Shown piece after piece: positions 14,595-27,490 of a stretch of 64,000 bases of DNA. Numbering within the stretch: position 1 is the first letter of the stretch; the number at the start of each line of letters is the position of its first letter. The stretch comes from Eledone cirrhosa (Eukaryota), in contig OZ024746.1 of NCBI GenBank assembly GCA_964016885.1, positions 22,506,001 through 22,570,000 on the forward strand. Reading direction: 5' to 3'. The position numbers were made by a program, and so were the translations under genes. A model generated the notes under the pieces. It was not told where the DNA came from, did no database searches, and worked only from the letters and a program-made list of their open reading frames with translations.

Positions 14595-16229
14595 CGCACA
14601 CACACATACATACATTCAACCCAAATGAGACAGATACACACGCACACGCGCGCGCGCGCACGATCTAGATGACACAATTAGTTGTTAGGCATCCATTTAT
14701 CCAACTTTCAACTGATAAATCTCAGCCCCCCCACCTCTCTCTCTCCAAATTAATGTTAACACTTTGCTCGTAACTTTTACTTATTTAGAGCTATTATTTA
14801 TACTTTTCAGTTTTGAACCTGCTGTGAAGATAATTTCGGTTAAGTTTTCTCCAAAGAGAAAAAGAAATGCTTATGCTCTGCAAAATGGCATGAATTACCT
14901 CTATTCTATATATGTATACACACACACCACACCAGTTTAGAATAGGTATACTGTTGTATTGCTGGGTGTTGACAAAAGTGTCTAAAAAGGTTGGTGTCAG
15001 GAAGAGCATCTGACTGTAAAAGACTGCCTCAAAAAGTTCCATCCACCCCATGCCAGCATGAAAATGTTGAAAGAAAATCGATGATAATGATTATTATATA
15101 TATATATTATTATTATTATTATTATTAATGGTGAATGTTTATTTCATAGTTTTGCGGATGATATTGGCATATCAAAACCTTTGACAAACCATAATAAAAC
15201 TTTAAAAGATAAAACTTTCAAATAAACTGTGACCATAAATAATGTTTACATTGACTCTATTGATTGTATATCATACCTTATCTCTTAATATTTTGCAATA
15301 ATTTAGCTTAGAATATATTTTTGAAAAATGTTTGTAGTATCTATTAGTGGACAAATCTTTATGAAAATTTGTAATATTCGACTCCAATATTTAATGTGGT
15401 ACAGTAATAGAGCTGCTTTGTACTTTGGTTTCATACTTTCTACTAATGTGGCTTTATGCTCTACAGGATATTGAGTTAATTCAATAAATGTTTAGTATGT
15501 TTATCACACCACTTAGCACCACAAAAACAAGGACACACACAAACACACACACACACACACGTATATAAAACTTATGTAAAAATCTCATATAACCATCTCC
15601 CAACCATGGTTTCATCTGAGCTTTGTTGTGGGTCAATAGTTGTTGAGGGATATGGTATTAAATTCTATGAAATGAAAGTATCTTTTTAAGTTAGTGTAGT
15701 TTTTGTATTGGAACCATTTTACACTAACTACAATTAGGAATGTAAAACTATTATTTAACTTCATCATTGTAAATTGGTTATAATTATTTTAATTAAAATA
15801 ATTAACTCAAAATGTTGTTAGTAATTTGTGGAAGTTTCTTTATGAATTGGCTATAGAGGAGGACTTCTATTTATCAAACAAACAAAAGGCGTAGAAAGTC
15901 TATTTTAGATTGTTGGCATAGAAAATTTCTAAAGTTGGCTATTTTTAATGCTGTGGTTCTGTTTTTAGCATAAATGATGTTAAAATGTTGATAGAAGTCA
16001 TTGTTTATGATTGTAAGGTTGTGAGTTCAATTCCTGCACCTGACAGAACATTGTGTCCTTGAGTCCATCCAGCTGAAAATGAGAACTATCAAAGGCTGCT
16101 AGGGTTAACCTTATAACATACTTCTTTCCCTCCTCCAAGTGTGTAGTACTGTACTCTGTCACTTAATGCCAATAAAAAATGAGATAAGCTCTGATGTGCC
16201 TATGGGCTAGAGGCAGACTTTAAGCTCAA

Positions 16230-16364
16230 TCTCGGGACCGCTGCTCTTCTCTGCCAAATCAGAATAAGAGCATTGTAACTAAGTACACCACTGAGGTGGA
16301 ATGGCTGATGCAGATATTGCTAGCCGTTCTTCGTGGCAATGCTTTTGTCATCTTGTCAGTATGA
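16230..16364 (+). mobile_element. Decayed C-terminus of an RLE-encoding (CRE-like) non-LTR retrotransposon
   Basis: 16293-16364 reads EVEWLMQILLAVLRGNAFVILSV*, resembling the E..(W/F)L.QR(I/L)S(L/V)A(V/I).RGNA terminal motif. Confidence 0.5.
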
Positions 16365-19300
16365 TGTAGCTGAGATTTGCTGTTCGACTAAACATATAGA
16401 GTTTTTGTTTGTTTGCTTTTACTGTGTATATTTGAAATATATAATTTCCCAAATATTGCTGGTGTATGAATTATATCTGTAATTTTTGGAATAGTTGTGG
16501 TTTGTTATGTATTCTGACTTGTTTCCAAAGTATTAGACTGACTGGGAACCATTATTTCAAGAGCAGCACATAAACTGAAGTAGACATTGGCTTGGCCAGA
16601 TATCAAAGAATGAAGACTATGCACCATTGGAAATATGTAAACTAGTTGAGTTGGACTTGTTATACTTGAGCTTAGCAGGTTGCTGTAATAACTGCTTGTT
16701 GTTATTACAGCTCACAGCTAGATAGGTTTAGTTTGATTTTTATGAGGTTATGTATCATAGATGGATTCTTGAATGTTGTTATGATGAAGGACCCAGTTCT
16801 CTGTCATACCACTATTTTCCCTATGATAAGAATACACTCTGTAAAGTGATTGGTAGTAGGAAGGTCATCCAGCCATAGAAAACCTGCCAAAAACGTCAGG
16901 ACTCTTCAACTGTGTCAAAGACATGAAAAACTCCTTAATGTTGGAGTCATGATAAAATCCACTTAGCTGAATGCAGGATTGTTTGTGAGATACAGGCCAC
17001 CTGCTTGTCTTAAAACTCAGTGTGGGAACATATTTAAGCAAGAATCGTGCTCCTGGTTTCTCTGTAGGCTCAGTAGCTCTGTTTGAGTACTGACCCAGTC
17101 TGTTTGCAACCTATCGAAAACTTATTACCAGGGAAAGTGGACGTTAAACGATAAGGAAGAGAAAGGATTTGAATTCAAAATACATGAAGCAGGAACAGAT
17201 ATAAGACATCTCATCCAACACTAACAATTCTGCCTATCCACTGCCCTTCTCTTGATGAGTAAATAATTCTACCAGTGTACAGAGGTAAGCTATATAATGC
17301 TTATCTTTGACATATAAATCTACATGACTGGAGAAGTTGGCTAGAAGAGGTAGAACATTTGCAACAACTGAAAGGAATTCACTTTGTTTCATTGGGTTTT
17401 CAGCAGTGAGTGAAGTTGTGACCTGAGTTTGCATGAAATAAGTTTAATAATGGTGTCCCAGCATGGCCATAGCCTGTTGGCTGGAGCCAGTAAAAGAGAA
17501 TTTGCCAGTTTTGTTTGGAATATCTTTCCATTTCTTTCCATTTTTAACACTTTCAACATCAACTAATCATCGCAAAATCTTCCACTATAATTTTATGAGA
17601 GAGCGAGAGAGACACAACAGCTATCAGTAGTGGACTGGTATTTTATCAACATCAAAAGAATGAAAGGCTAAATTGACTCCCAGTGGAATTTGAACTCAGA
17701 GCACAGAGAGCTTGAACAAATACTGCAATGCATTCTAGCCACCCTACATGCAGACATGCGTGTGTGTGTGTGTGTATATAAACTATACATACATGTTTTT
17801 ATTTACCTGTCAGAAACTGACGAAGTCTAGATGTGGCTGTGTGCCATATTGTACATTATAGGTGAGATAAAACAATGTAAATGTTAGTTCCGTTCTTGGA
17901 ATTCCCATGAAGCACATACCAACTGCAAGTGTCATTTCTTCTTTTTTTCTACTTAGATATTTTTATAGTTTCATTCTTACTTTTTACTATAACATTATTC
18001 TGGTTCATTTTACCAAAGGAATTATGAATGAAAAAAATAAATGACTTCTCTTCAAAGATGTATATTTTCTTAAGATGAACATTTTTACAATTCAACTTAA
18101 TCTTACCTTGTTATATTAGACAGTGCTGGGGAATTGACAGTTGTGGCATTGGATTATCATCATCATTTAACATTTTTCCATGCTAGCATGGCTTAGATGA
18201 ATTGTCTTATTGTGATACAGGTCAGATCATATGACATTGTCTTGCTCATACAGAACTGTTTCTGGCTAGTTTTCTATGACTGGATGCCCTTCCTAATACC
18301 AACCACATTTACAGTGTGTACTGGGTGCTTTTCTTTCATGACACATACACAACCACTTTACAGGTTGGACTGGACGCTTTTTGTCATGGCACCAAAACGA
18401 CCAGTTTACAGGGTGGACTGGGGGCTAGTGTGAGGGGATTGGAGAGGTATTTGTTCCAGCTCTCTGTATTTTGAGTTCAAATCTCACCAAGGTACACATT
18501 GCCTTTCAGTAAATAAAGTACCACTCCTGAGGCAGTTGATTCGCGAAATTGTTTAAAAAGTCAGGCAGGATTCTTTGTCATATCTGATCTAGCCCTGTGC
18601 AATCTGAGTTCTAATCCTAGCAGTTATGAACATAGACAATGTATAGTAAAGAGGAATCTTTAGTCTTGTAGAGGACAAGACCACCTCTAGTGTTGGTGCT
18701 ATGATAAAATACACCCAGTACACTTTGATTGTTTGACAAACAAATGACAACATAGGGTAGAGAAGGGGGGGGGGGTTCTTTAGGCTTGCTAAGGGATTGG
18801 CAACCTCTCTAAGTAAGAACAGGCTCAGACCATGATGACCCATCCAACACAGTATAATGGAAAATGGGTGTAAAACGGGGATGATAATGATCACAGTGGT
18901 GTTGGTGATGATGGTGGTGTTAGACATTGTTATAAAGTATGAAAACACTTCAACAGGATACATATGTATACAACATACAGTAGGGTTTAACTATTCAATC
19001 ATATATTATTACATCAAAGATCTCTATTATGAATAGTATTGATTACTTTCATCTGAAAAGCATCTTTTTAGTTTGAGTTTTATCTATTCTGATTATTCAT
19101 TTTTCAATAGGATCAGCAATACAAAGCTTTTGTAGCCAAGTTAAGCTAAAAATAATGTTCAGAATATACAGTTGCTATGGTGATTTCACTTTCGTTATTT
19201 CATTTTTTTTTAAATTATATATATATATATATTTTTTTTTTTCCTGGTAGTAAAAGCTTCATACCAAAATTGGAAGAAAAAAAAAACACCAAAAAGAAGT

Positions 19301-21029
19301 CTCTCTTAATTCTTGTATTGTTGTTAGTGAATTATTTTGTGTTCTGGCCAAAAGTTAGGAAACACTCTGTGGCTTTTCATGTCCTTAGAAAAATATGTGT
19401 GTATTTAATTGCTGTTATGGATTTATAGGCCGGGAGTAGCTATTAGTACCAAAGTGTTCCATCTCATTGCATCTGTGTGTTTACTTATTTTTATATGTAT
19501 GTGTGTGAGGAGTAATTTTATGTATGTATGGTTGCATATGTATGTGTACAAATACACACATACTCAAATACATGCGCACACAGAATCTTATAAGATTTGT
19601 TATCATGAAATCTCAGAACATTTTTATTGCGAAAAGAAACTATTAATAGATCTATACATATATCTAAGAGATCTATAAATAAATTAGTTTCTTGTATATG
19701 ATGATATACATACACACACACATTTATATATATATATATATATGATACACACACACACATACACACACACACACACATTCTTTATCTTTTAATGTATGTA
19801 TGGTAATTCTTTGTTATAGCTTCTTAAGGCTCCATTGCTATTTAAAATAGTCAGTCAGTAGTTAAAATATTGGGTTGTCTTCATCACCCATAGATTTCAA
19901 TTTGAAACAAAACCTATTAAATGGGACTAGTAAGAGATTATTGTTGTTCTTTTCTCTTTTGTTGTGAAACATGCATTTAATCATTTACTCTTCTGTTTGC
20001 CCAAGCATATGACAACTGCTCTAGTGTTGGTATCACGATAAAATGGACTTGGTACCCTTGGTAAAGCGATAGTGCTGGTGTCATGCTAAAATTCACCTGG
20101 CACACTCTGTAAAGTGATAGTGCTGGTGCCACAATAAAATGCACCAGGTACACACTTTGTAAAGTTGTAAGGTAGGTGCCTGAATAAAATGCACCCAGTA
20201 TACTCTGTAAAGATTTTGGTGTTAGTTTCTATTGCTGGATACTCTTCCTATGTCAAAATCTGGAACATATGAGCAAGACATGGTTCTTGGACCATGACAG
20301 CTTGTCCAACCTATCCCAGATGTAACATAATGATACATTCCACTTTAAAATATCACAGCCTTCTGAGCCTAGAAAACGTTGACTAAACGTTTTGGTGAGG
20401 AAGTTGGCTTTTATTTGATCAGTTTAGCATTTGATAAAGTTTCAATTTTTGTAAATTTGTTGTTTGTTGTTTGTTGTTTTGGTCTAATAGTAATTTTAGT
20501 TTGCTTAAATCCTTGTTGTAATTGTATCTATTAAATTGTAATTTTTTTTTAAATGTTAGAAAATAACTTGGCTGTTCTTGGACTTTTTTATAACTGGAAT
20601 TATAACATGAGGAACCTTTTGTATTTGACATACATATATACACACAAACACTCTTACACACACACATACACACACCATTATCACCATTTAACATCCATTT
20701 TTCCTGTTAGCAAGGGCACACACACATATGTATTTTTCTATATCTTTATATATGTATATATATGTATATATATATATATATATATGCATATAAGCACACA
20801 CATATAAACACGCATGCACAACTATAATTGAGGTAGTGTCTTTTGTTCAGTTTCTACTCAACCTTTTCAATGTAAATTGGGTTTCGTGATATATTGTTGC
20901 TAGTATAGAAGATAGTTAGTGATGTGACTAGCTCTTTAGTTGTTTGGTTTGTATCCCACCCTCTTTAAGTATTTTTATGTTTTTGGTCTGAACACTGATA
21001 TCGGCTATCCAGGGTAGACTATGTCAATG

Positions 21030-21435
21030 TTTATGCCAATAGACGTATGTGAGAAGTGCCATGATTTATGGGAGGGAGAGAGAGAGACATGGGTGATTAT
21101 TGTGTGCAGTAGAGAAGGCTGGAAAGAACAGAAATAAGTTTGGTTTTATGGATGATTGAAGAATCACTGAGAGAGGGAAAAACAAACAATGAATTGCAGA
21201 GCTTGATAGGAATAGAGCCAGTGATGGATGCTGTGAAGAGAAATGGAATGAGAGGATTGGGTCATGTGTTGAGGAAGGATGAAAGTGACTGGGTGAGAGG
21301 AATAGAGCCAGTGATGAATGTTGTGCAGAGAAATGGGTTGGGCCATGTGTTGGAAAAGGATGATAGTGATGGAAGTAGTAACAGAAGGCCAAAAAAGACT
21401 TGTCTAAAGATGATGGAGGAGGAAATGAAAGGCAG
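21030..21435 (+). mobile_element. Old RTE-type LINE 3' fragment with internal duplication
   Basis: LREGKTNNELQSLIGIEPVMDAVKRNGMRGLGHVLRKDESDWVR followed by a repeat GIEPVMNVVQRNGLGHVLEKDD, then RRPKKT. This is a typical RTE C-terminal signature. Confidence 0.75.
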
Positions 21436-22514
21436 TGGAGGTGGTGTACAAAAGTTAGGAGGAAAAACATTTGTTGTTGTTCTAGGGTAGAGTTTTGTCA
21501 ATTTGTCTGAATAATGGTTTAGTCTACCCAGTCTAGAGTTTTTGAAACTTTTCATATCAGCTACACACTTTTTAACCCTTTTCATATCAGCTACACACTT
21601 TTTAACCCTTTTGTTACTTATTTCTAGTAAAAGACAGCCTATAATTTTGAAATGAACTTGAAAATAAAGAATTTGGAGGGATTTAGAAATATAATTTTCT
21701 CATTATTATTAGGGTGTTGGATTGGCAGTATCAGTAAAGTATCTGACATGCTTTGCAGTATAGTTACAATCCTTTACATTCTGAGTTCAAATCCTGCTGA
21801 TGTTAGCTTTCCCTTTCATCCTTATGGGGGTTGAGAAAATAAAGTACCAGTAATGCACTGGAGTTGATTTAATCGACTTTCTCCTCTCCCAAAATTGTTA
21901 GTCTTCTGAGTAAAATCAGAAGCCATTTTTAAGCTAATGATTGGAATCTAATTTAACAAAGGTTCTTTTATAAAATTATGATGAAAAATTTATAAGATAA
22001 ATATAAACAACTAAAAATAAACATTCTAGTATCATATGACCAATGGGGGAGGGTGTTCAGATAATTTGGTATGAAGAGGTTTAAAAATATTTTGCTTTCG
22101 TGACCCATTCAGTTTTGTTAGATACAACTAAATAAATGAAAAAACAAACAAACAACTAAAACAATTAAATACATCACGTGTCGCCAATCACGTACACGTT
22201 TAATTTTATACTAAGTTGTAGTTATCAGGTCTCAAATATACATTCAGAGACACATTTATATATAAAAAATAATTTATTGGATTTAACTTAACTCTGTGAC
22301 CACACCCAGAGATTTTTAGTGACACAATAAAGTGTTGTGTCACAGTTTAGAAAGAATCCTCTTAAAAGAGTCCACTTTTACCATAGTCGTATAGCCTAAC
22401 GTATTTTAAGGTGGGCTGAAGGTGGCGTTAACACTTCTACTACTTGATAGTACAAAATGCACAGCTTAGTAATAATCTTTTGTATCCCAAATGTGTGTCT
22501 AGCTTAGATGTATG

Positions 22515-22566
<52 letters not shown>

Positions 22567-22614
22567 GGTCAATTTCCTATTGTGAAATAACTCATAATCT
22601 AGTAATACATACAG

Positions 22615-22675
<61 letters not shown>

Positions 22676-23245
22676 TATGTATGTATATACATATACATAT
22701 GCACACCTATTGTGCCTGATTCTAATACCGTGTGTGTGCTGTGTAAATGTATTTATACATATATACATACTTGCACACACACATCCACCTATTTTACCTG
22801 CTTCTGTTGATAAAACTTTACATGGGTGCAGTATATAATTTAGCCTCTAATCTGTGTTTGGCTCTGGGTTTTCTTATGGTTGAGTTAATGGTTAAATTAG
22901 GAGTCTGTTTAAAAGGAGTTAATTGGGATGTGATTTGAAAGGGGTCAATTTGACTGTGATTTCATAGGGGTTTTGTTTAAAAGGGGTTAATTGGGCTGAT
23001 TTCATAGTGGTACTTTATTTTATTGACCCTGTAAGGATGAAAGGCAAAGTTAACCTTGGAGGGACTGGAAATCAGTATGTAATAGGCCATAAATCATGTT
23101 GGTCCAACGCTCTTCCAATACTGCCAATCCACTACCCTACAATCAAATTTAAAATACTGCCATCATTACTTTCTATAGGACATATGTAATATTATCTCTT
23201 TGTCTCTCTTTCTGACTCTAATAAACAATATGTTGTTTCTTGCAG

Positions 23246-23384
23246 CAAATGGCGACTACATCGGCCCAATGAGCCACCATCACCTGAAGACCTCCAGGGT
23301 GTGTCTATTATCAAACCCTTAACTGGAGTTGATCCTCATCTTTACAGTAATTTAGAAACATTTTTCAATTTGAATTATCCTCTG
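23246..23384 (+). CDS. UGCG: Ceramide glucosyltransferase, first visible coding exon (equivalent to vertebrate exon 2)
   Basis: Acceptor tgtttcttgcag| and donor |gtaagt. Translates (phase 2 start) [46 protein letters not shown], matching the GVS..KPL.GVDP.L..NLETFF.L.YP block of animal glucosylceramide synthases. Not in the ORF track. Confidence 0.95.
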
Positions 23385-23459
23385 GTAAGTCTTAAATTTT
23401 AATGATTCTGTATGTCCCTCTGCCCCTCTCTTTCTCTCTCCCCTCTCACTCTGTATGTA

Positions 23460-23490
<31 letters not shown>

Positions 23491-23692
23491 GCTAGCATGG
23501 AAAATGGATATTAAACGATGATGATGATTTACACACAGACACAATGTAAATATTGATATATTTAAAAAAATACTGACTTTAAGACCAATAACTCCTCAAT
23601 GCAAATTAGATGCTAAAAAAAGCCCAAGCAGCAGGAACCCACATATCTATCGTTATAAATTCATACACGCACGCACACGCACGCACACACAC

Positions 23693-23763
<71 letters not shown>

Positions 23764-23801
23764 CACGGACACACACCAACGGACATGGACACACACACAC
23801 A

Positions 23802-23991
23802 CGGGTCGGCTGTAAACTTCATTTGCTGACCAAGATAGTCTCATAGAATGACTAAATCAGGTTTATTTTTCAAAATAGCCCCTGGAAAGAGACAGTGCAG
23901 TTATTAAGAGATGAAATTAATGCATGCAAAATTTCATGGCTCGAGCATCACTCCTTCATGGTCAGCCTATGAACTTTTCAGCCGACCCTCA
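23802..23991. mobile_element. Tc1/mariner-type MITE
   Basis: ~30 bp imperfect TIRs gggtcggctgtaaacttcatttgctgacca / tggtcagcctatgaacttttcagccgaccc, followed by TA. Confidence 0.7.
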
Positions 23992-23993
23992 TA

Positions 23994-24241
23994 TCATCAT
24001 CATCATCATCAACGTTTAACGTCCGTGTTCCACGCTTGCATGGGTTTGGACGGGGGTAGTCCCACTTGAGGCAAGAGTGATTGTCTTGCTCGCATAGGAC
24101 TGTCTGGCAGGTTTTCTACAGTTGGATGCCCTTCCTAACACCAACCACATTTACAGTGTGGGTCTGGGAGGTTTTTACCGTGTTGCCTACACGGCCACAT
24201 TACAGCGTGGACTGTGTGTTTTTTGTCGTGACACCTACACG

Positions 24242-24244
<3 letters not shown>
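23994..24244 (-). mobile_element. 3' UTR copy of the LINE at 42639-43452, ending at a (TA)n tract
   Basis: Nearly identical to 42645-42895 (aacgtttaacgtccgtgttccacgcttgc...gacacctacacgatc), with only a few substitutions. Confidence 0.9.
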
Positions 24245-24292
<48 letters not shown>

Positions 24293-24337
24293 AAGTTAAA
24301 TAAAAAGTCAAATGATTAAAATTTAGCTTCGTTTATT

Positions 24338-24392
24338 ACTGCTATATATATTTCAGTTACAGCCATCTTTGGCAGTGACCTCTTCAGGCAGT
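24338..24392 (-). ncRNA. Minimal type-I hammerhead ribozyme motif, inverted copy
   Basis: Reverse complement of 24563-24617 with two substitutions, both in stem II. The core is intact. Confidence 0.72.
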
Positions 24393-24562
24393 TTGAATTA
24401 GTATGGTATAGACAAGTACATATGTTGTTGAGGTGTATAATATTGTCAATACTCTGATATGCCCAGTTCCTGGTTGGGTTGTTATTTCACTGAAGAACTG
24501 GAATCATATATGATTCCAGTCTATACCATGTACTTGTACTTGTCTATACCATACTAATTCAA

Positions 24563-24617
24563 ACTGCCTGAAGAGGTCACAGCCAAAGATGGCTGTCACT
24601 GAAATATATATAGCAGT
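24563..24617 (+). ncRNA. Minimal type-I hammerhead ribozyme motif (Penelope-like), sense to UGCG intron
   Basis: actgc-CTGAAGA-g gtcacagcc aaagat ggctgtcac t-GAAA-tatata-TA-gcagt. Stem I is actgc/gcagt, stem II is ~10 bp with one mismatch, stem III is short and palindromic, and the cleavage triplet is AUA. Confidence 0.8.
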
Positions 24618-27084
24618 AATAAACGAAGCTAAATTTTAATCATTTGACTTTTTATTTAACTTTATTTTACACTACTCCGGAGTAACCAAACCACCCTGCG
24701 CACTTCGTCGAGTGCTCCAGCCTGCATACTGAGGTGTTGCTATACAACCAACATAAACTCAAAATATATACTTATATATATATATATATAATTTGTAAAA
24801 TAACATTTTATGAGGCCAGGATCCCAGACCTCATTCACTGGAACTCATCAAATCGGACCAAGGAAACAATGTTTCCATTGCTGATGCTATCTACCGGCTG
24901 CAACACCTAGCAGAAAGTGCAATGTGAAATAAAATGTCTTGCTGAAGGACATAACGCATCACCCAGTACAGGAATCGAACTTGCATTCTCACGATTGTGA
25001 ATTCATCTCTCTAACCACTAAGCTACACACCTTCATATTATGAAGCCAATGTGTACTGATTATACAAAATGGCTGTGTGCGCGTGTGTATGTGTGTCTTT
25101 TCACTTTTGAATTTGTGTGTGAGTAGGTGCATGCTGTATTTTCACACAAATATTCACTTTAAAGCAAAGCTAGAATTAATGTCTAGTAGTTATTCTTAGG
25201 AAGAAGAAAAACATATACCATACCTAATGCATGGTATTTTGTTACAAAACACAACAAACCTGATTTTTAACAGACTCTCTTATTCTTGAATCATGTAAAT
25301 ATTTGAAATAAATAGAAAAAAAATATAATCTTTGATTGAATTTGGACTTACAATTTAAAGCAAGTCATGATTTTTTTCATTGCTTTACAAGCTGGATTAA
25401 GAGATAGGCAAAAGAGGAGGTATAAGATTTACTCATTTGATACATAAAAGTCTAAAGTCTGCCTCAAGCCCGGCGGCTCATCAGGCCAATGTGTACCCCA
25501 GTTTCCGTGACGTGAAACTTTTGATAGTACAAGACTTCCCACTGGACAGGATGCCAGTCCATCGCTGGGTTAAAGTTTGTCTTGAGCCTGGAGGCTCAAG
25601 TGGTTGGTGCTTATCCTGGTTTCTGTGGCGTTAAGTGACTGAGATTACAAGACTTTCCCCTGATTAATTAAACTCCTGGCTACTTCTGGTACTCATTTTC
25701 AACTGAATATACCAGAGAAACATGAAATAAAGTGTTTTGCTCAAGAACACAATTCACAATCTAGTCTAGGAATTGAACTCATAAGTCGAACACCCTTACC
25801 GCAAGGCCACGCACCGCCACTCAACCGACACCAATCTGACTGAAATCACCTCTAGTTCTATAAAACTGCCCATTTTAAGTTTTATATTTATATTAAAATC
25901 TCCCATCATAATTTTAAGAAATTTTTGTTAAATATTTCAAACAGCAGCTTACTAATGGAAATAGTAAATTTCTCAAAAAAAAAATTTTTTTTTCAAATTT
26001 TTAAAAACATATATGCAGTGTATTTTATTAGAAATACAATAACGAAAGGTTTAAGATATGTCACAAAAATAAACATAGCCAGGGTTTTTCAATGATATTA
26101 AGAAATATCTACTTTGAATATACTGTTATTTTTGGCATGGTTTTTACAGCTTGATTCCCTTCAAATAACCAATAACTTTACAGTGTATAGGGTGCATTCT
26201 ATTGGGCTACTAACACAAGAGATTGTCCCCAACAAAACTAACAGTCCCTTCAACCTTATTTTGCCTGAGAGAGATCTATAAAATAAGTACCAAATACTGA
26301 AGTCAGTATGATTAACAACAGTTTTGAAGGCAGTGCCCCAGCATAGCCCCAGTCCAATGACTGCAACCAGTAAAAGAATACAATTTAATAAGTAGTAGGA
26401 TTTTTGTTATTTTATTTATTAATTTTTTGGTATTCTTTGTCTTTGTAATTAATCTGTCATGGGAAGAAGTACCACTAGGCTCTGTTTTATTTCCCTTTTA
26501 TGTTTGCTTTGTATATCGGCTGAAACAGTGTTTAAGGCTTTATACATAACTCATAAATCAAACATAAATCTCTATAAGTACTTTGTTTGATATATTTACA
26601 GAATATTATATAGTTTTCTATAAGTAGTTTAGTTTTAACATTCTTAGTTTACTTCATCAGTCCTACTTTGTATTTAGATTGCCATTTTAAGAATACTATA
26701 AACCCATTTCCATGAATACATCTTTATTAAAGCTCTGTTCAGTCATATCCTTGTCATCTTGGAAGACGGGGAATTGAGATTCATTAGGGCGTTGGATTAA
26801 AAATGCTTCTGTATTTGTTCCGGCTCCCTGTACTCTGAGTTCAAATTCCACTAACGCTGACTTCACCTTTCATCCTTTCAAAGTCAGTAAAGTACTGGTC
26901 TTGTATTGGAGTTGGTTCTTCTACCATCTCTCTCTTTCTTTCTCTCTCAGGAATTTGCTGTTTCTCAAGACACACCATATCTCAGGACAGCACCTCTATG
27001 ACACCATTAGAATTCAAGGGCAGCTTTTTTGTTTAGTCAAGAGCTAGGACAAAGCTTATGACCCTTTTACATAGTGCCAAAAAC

Positions 27085-27490
27085 TGAGATGATAGGAGAG
27101 AGAGAAATCCTTAAACTAGAGCTATTTGGTGCCAAAGTCCGTTGAGATGGTGGGAAGGTAAGAGAGAGAGGTATCCTCAAATTAGAGACATGTGGTACCA
27201 GTCTTTTGAGATTGGGGGAGAAAGTGAAAGGATGGGTACCTTCAAATTAAATATATGTGGTACCAAAGCCTCTTGAGAGGGAGAGAGGTAATGTCATATT
27301 AGAGATATGTGGTACCTAAGTCTATTGAGATGGTGGGAGAGAGAGAGAAGGTGGGTATCTTCAAATTAGAGATGTGGAACCTAAGTCTTTTGAGATTGTT
27401 GGAGAGAGAGAGAGAAGGTGGGTATCCTCAAATTAGAGATGTGGTACCAAAGCCTCATGAGCAGTAGAGAGGTATTGTCATATTAGAGAC
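27085..27490. repeat. Minisatellite, ~50-65 bp unit, ~7 copies
   Basis: Repeated ttgagatggtgggagagaga...ggtatcctcaaattagaga(ta)tgtggtacc(a/t)aag. Confidence 0.85.

Larger units (their letters stand above)
24286..24765 (+). mobile_element. Penelope-like fold-back element (inverted pLTR, spacer, pLTR, tail) inserted in (TA)n
   Basis: 135 bp inverted arms at 24286-24420 and 24535-24669 (2 mismatches), each with a hammerhead. A ~95 bp tail follows, with (TA)n on both flanks. Confidence 0.75.

Noticed and set aside
17816-17850. CTGACGA as a possible hammerhead core (also CTGATGA at about 46730, 46809 and 48893)
   Set aside because: No stem II followed by GAAA and no closing stem I.
19111-19180. 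Candidate UGCG exon 1 after ttttcaatag
   Set aside because: No hydrophobic signal-anchor reading frame and no convincing phase-2 donor.
27085-27490. CRISPR-like spacing of repeated motifs
   Set aside because: The units are wholly homologous with no unique spacers, the context is eukaryotic and there are no cas genes. It is a minisatellite.
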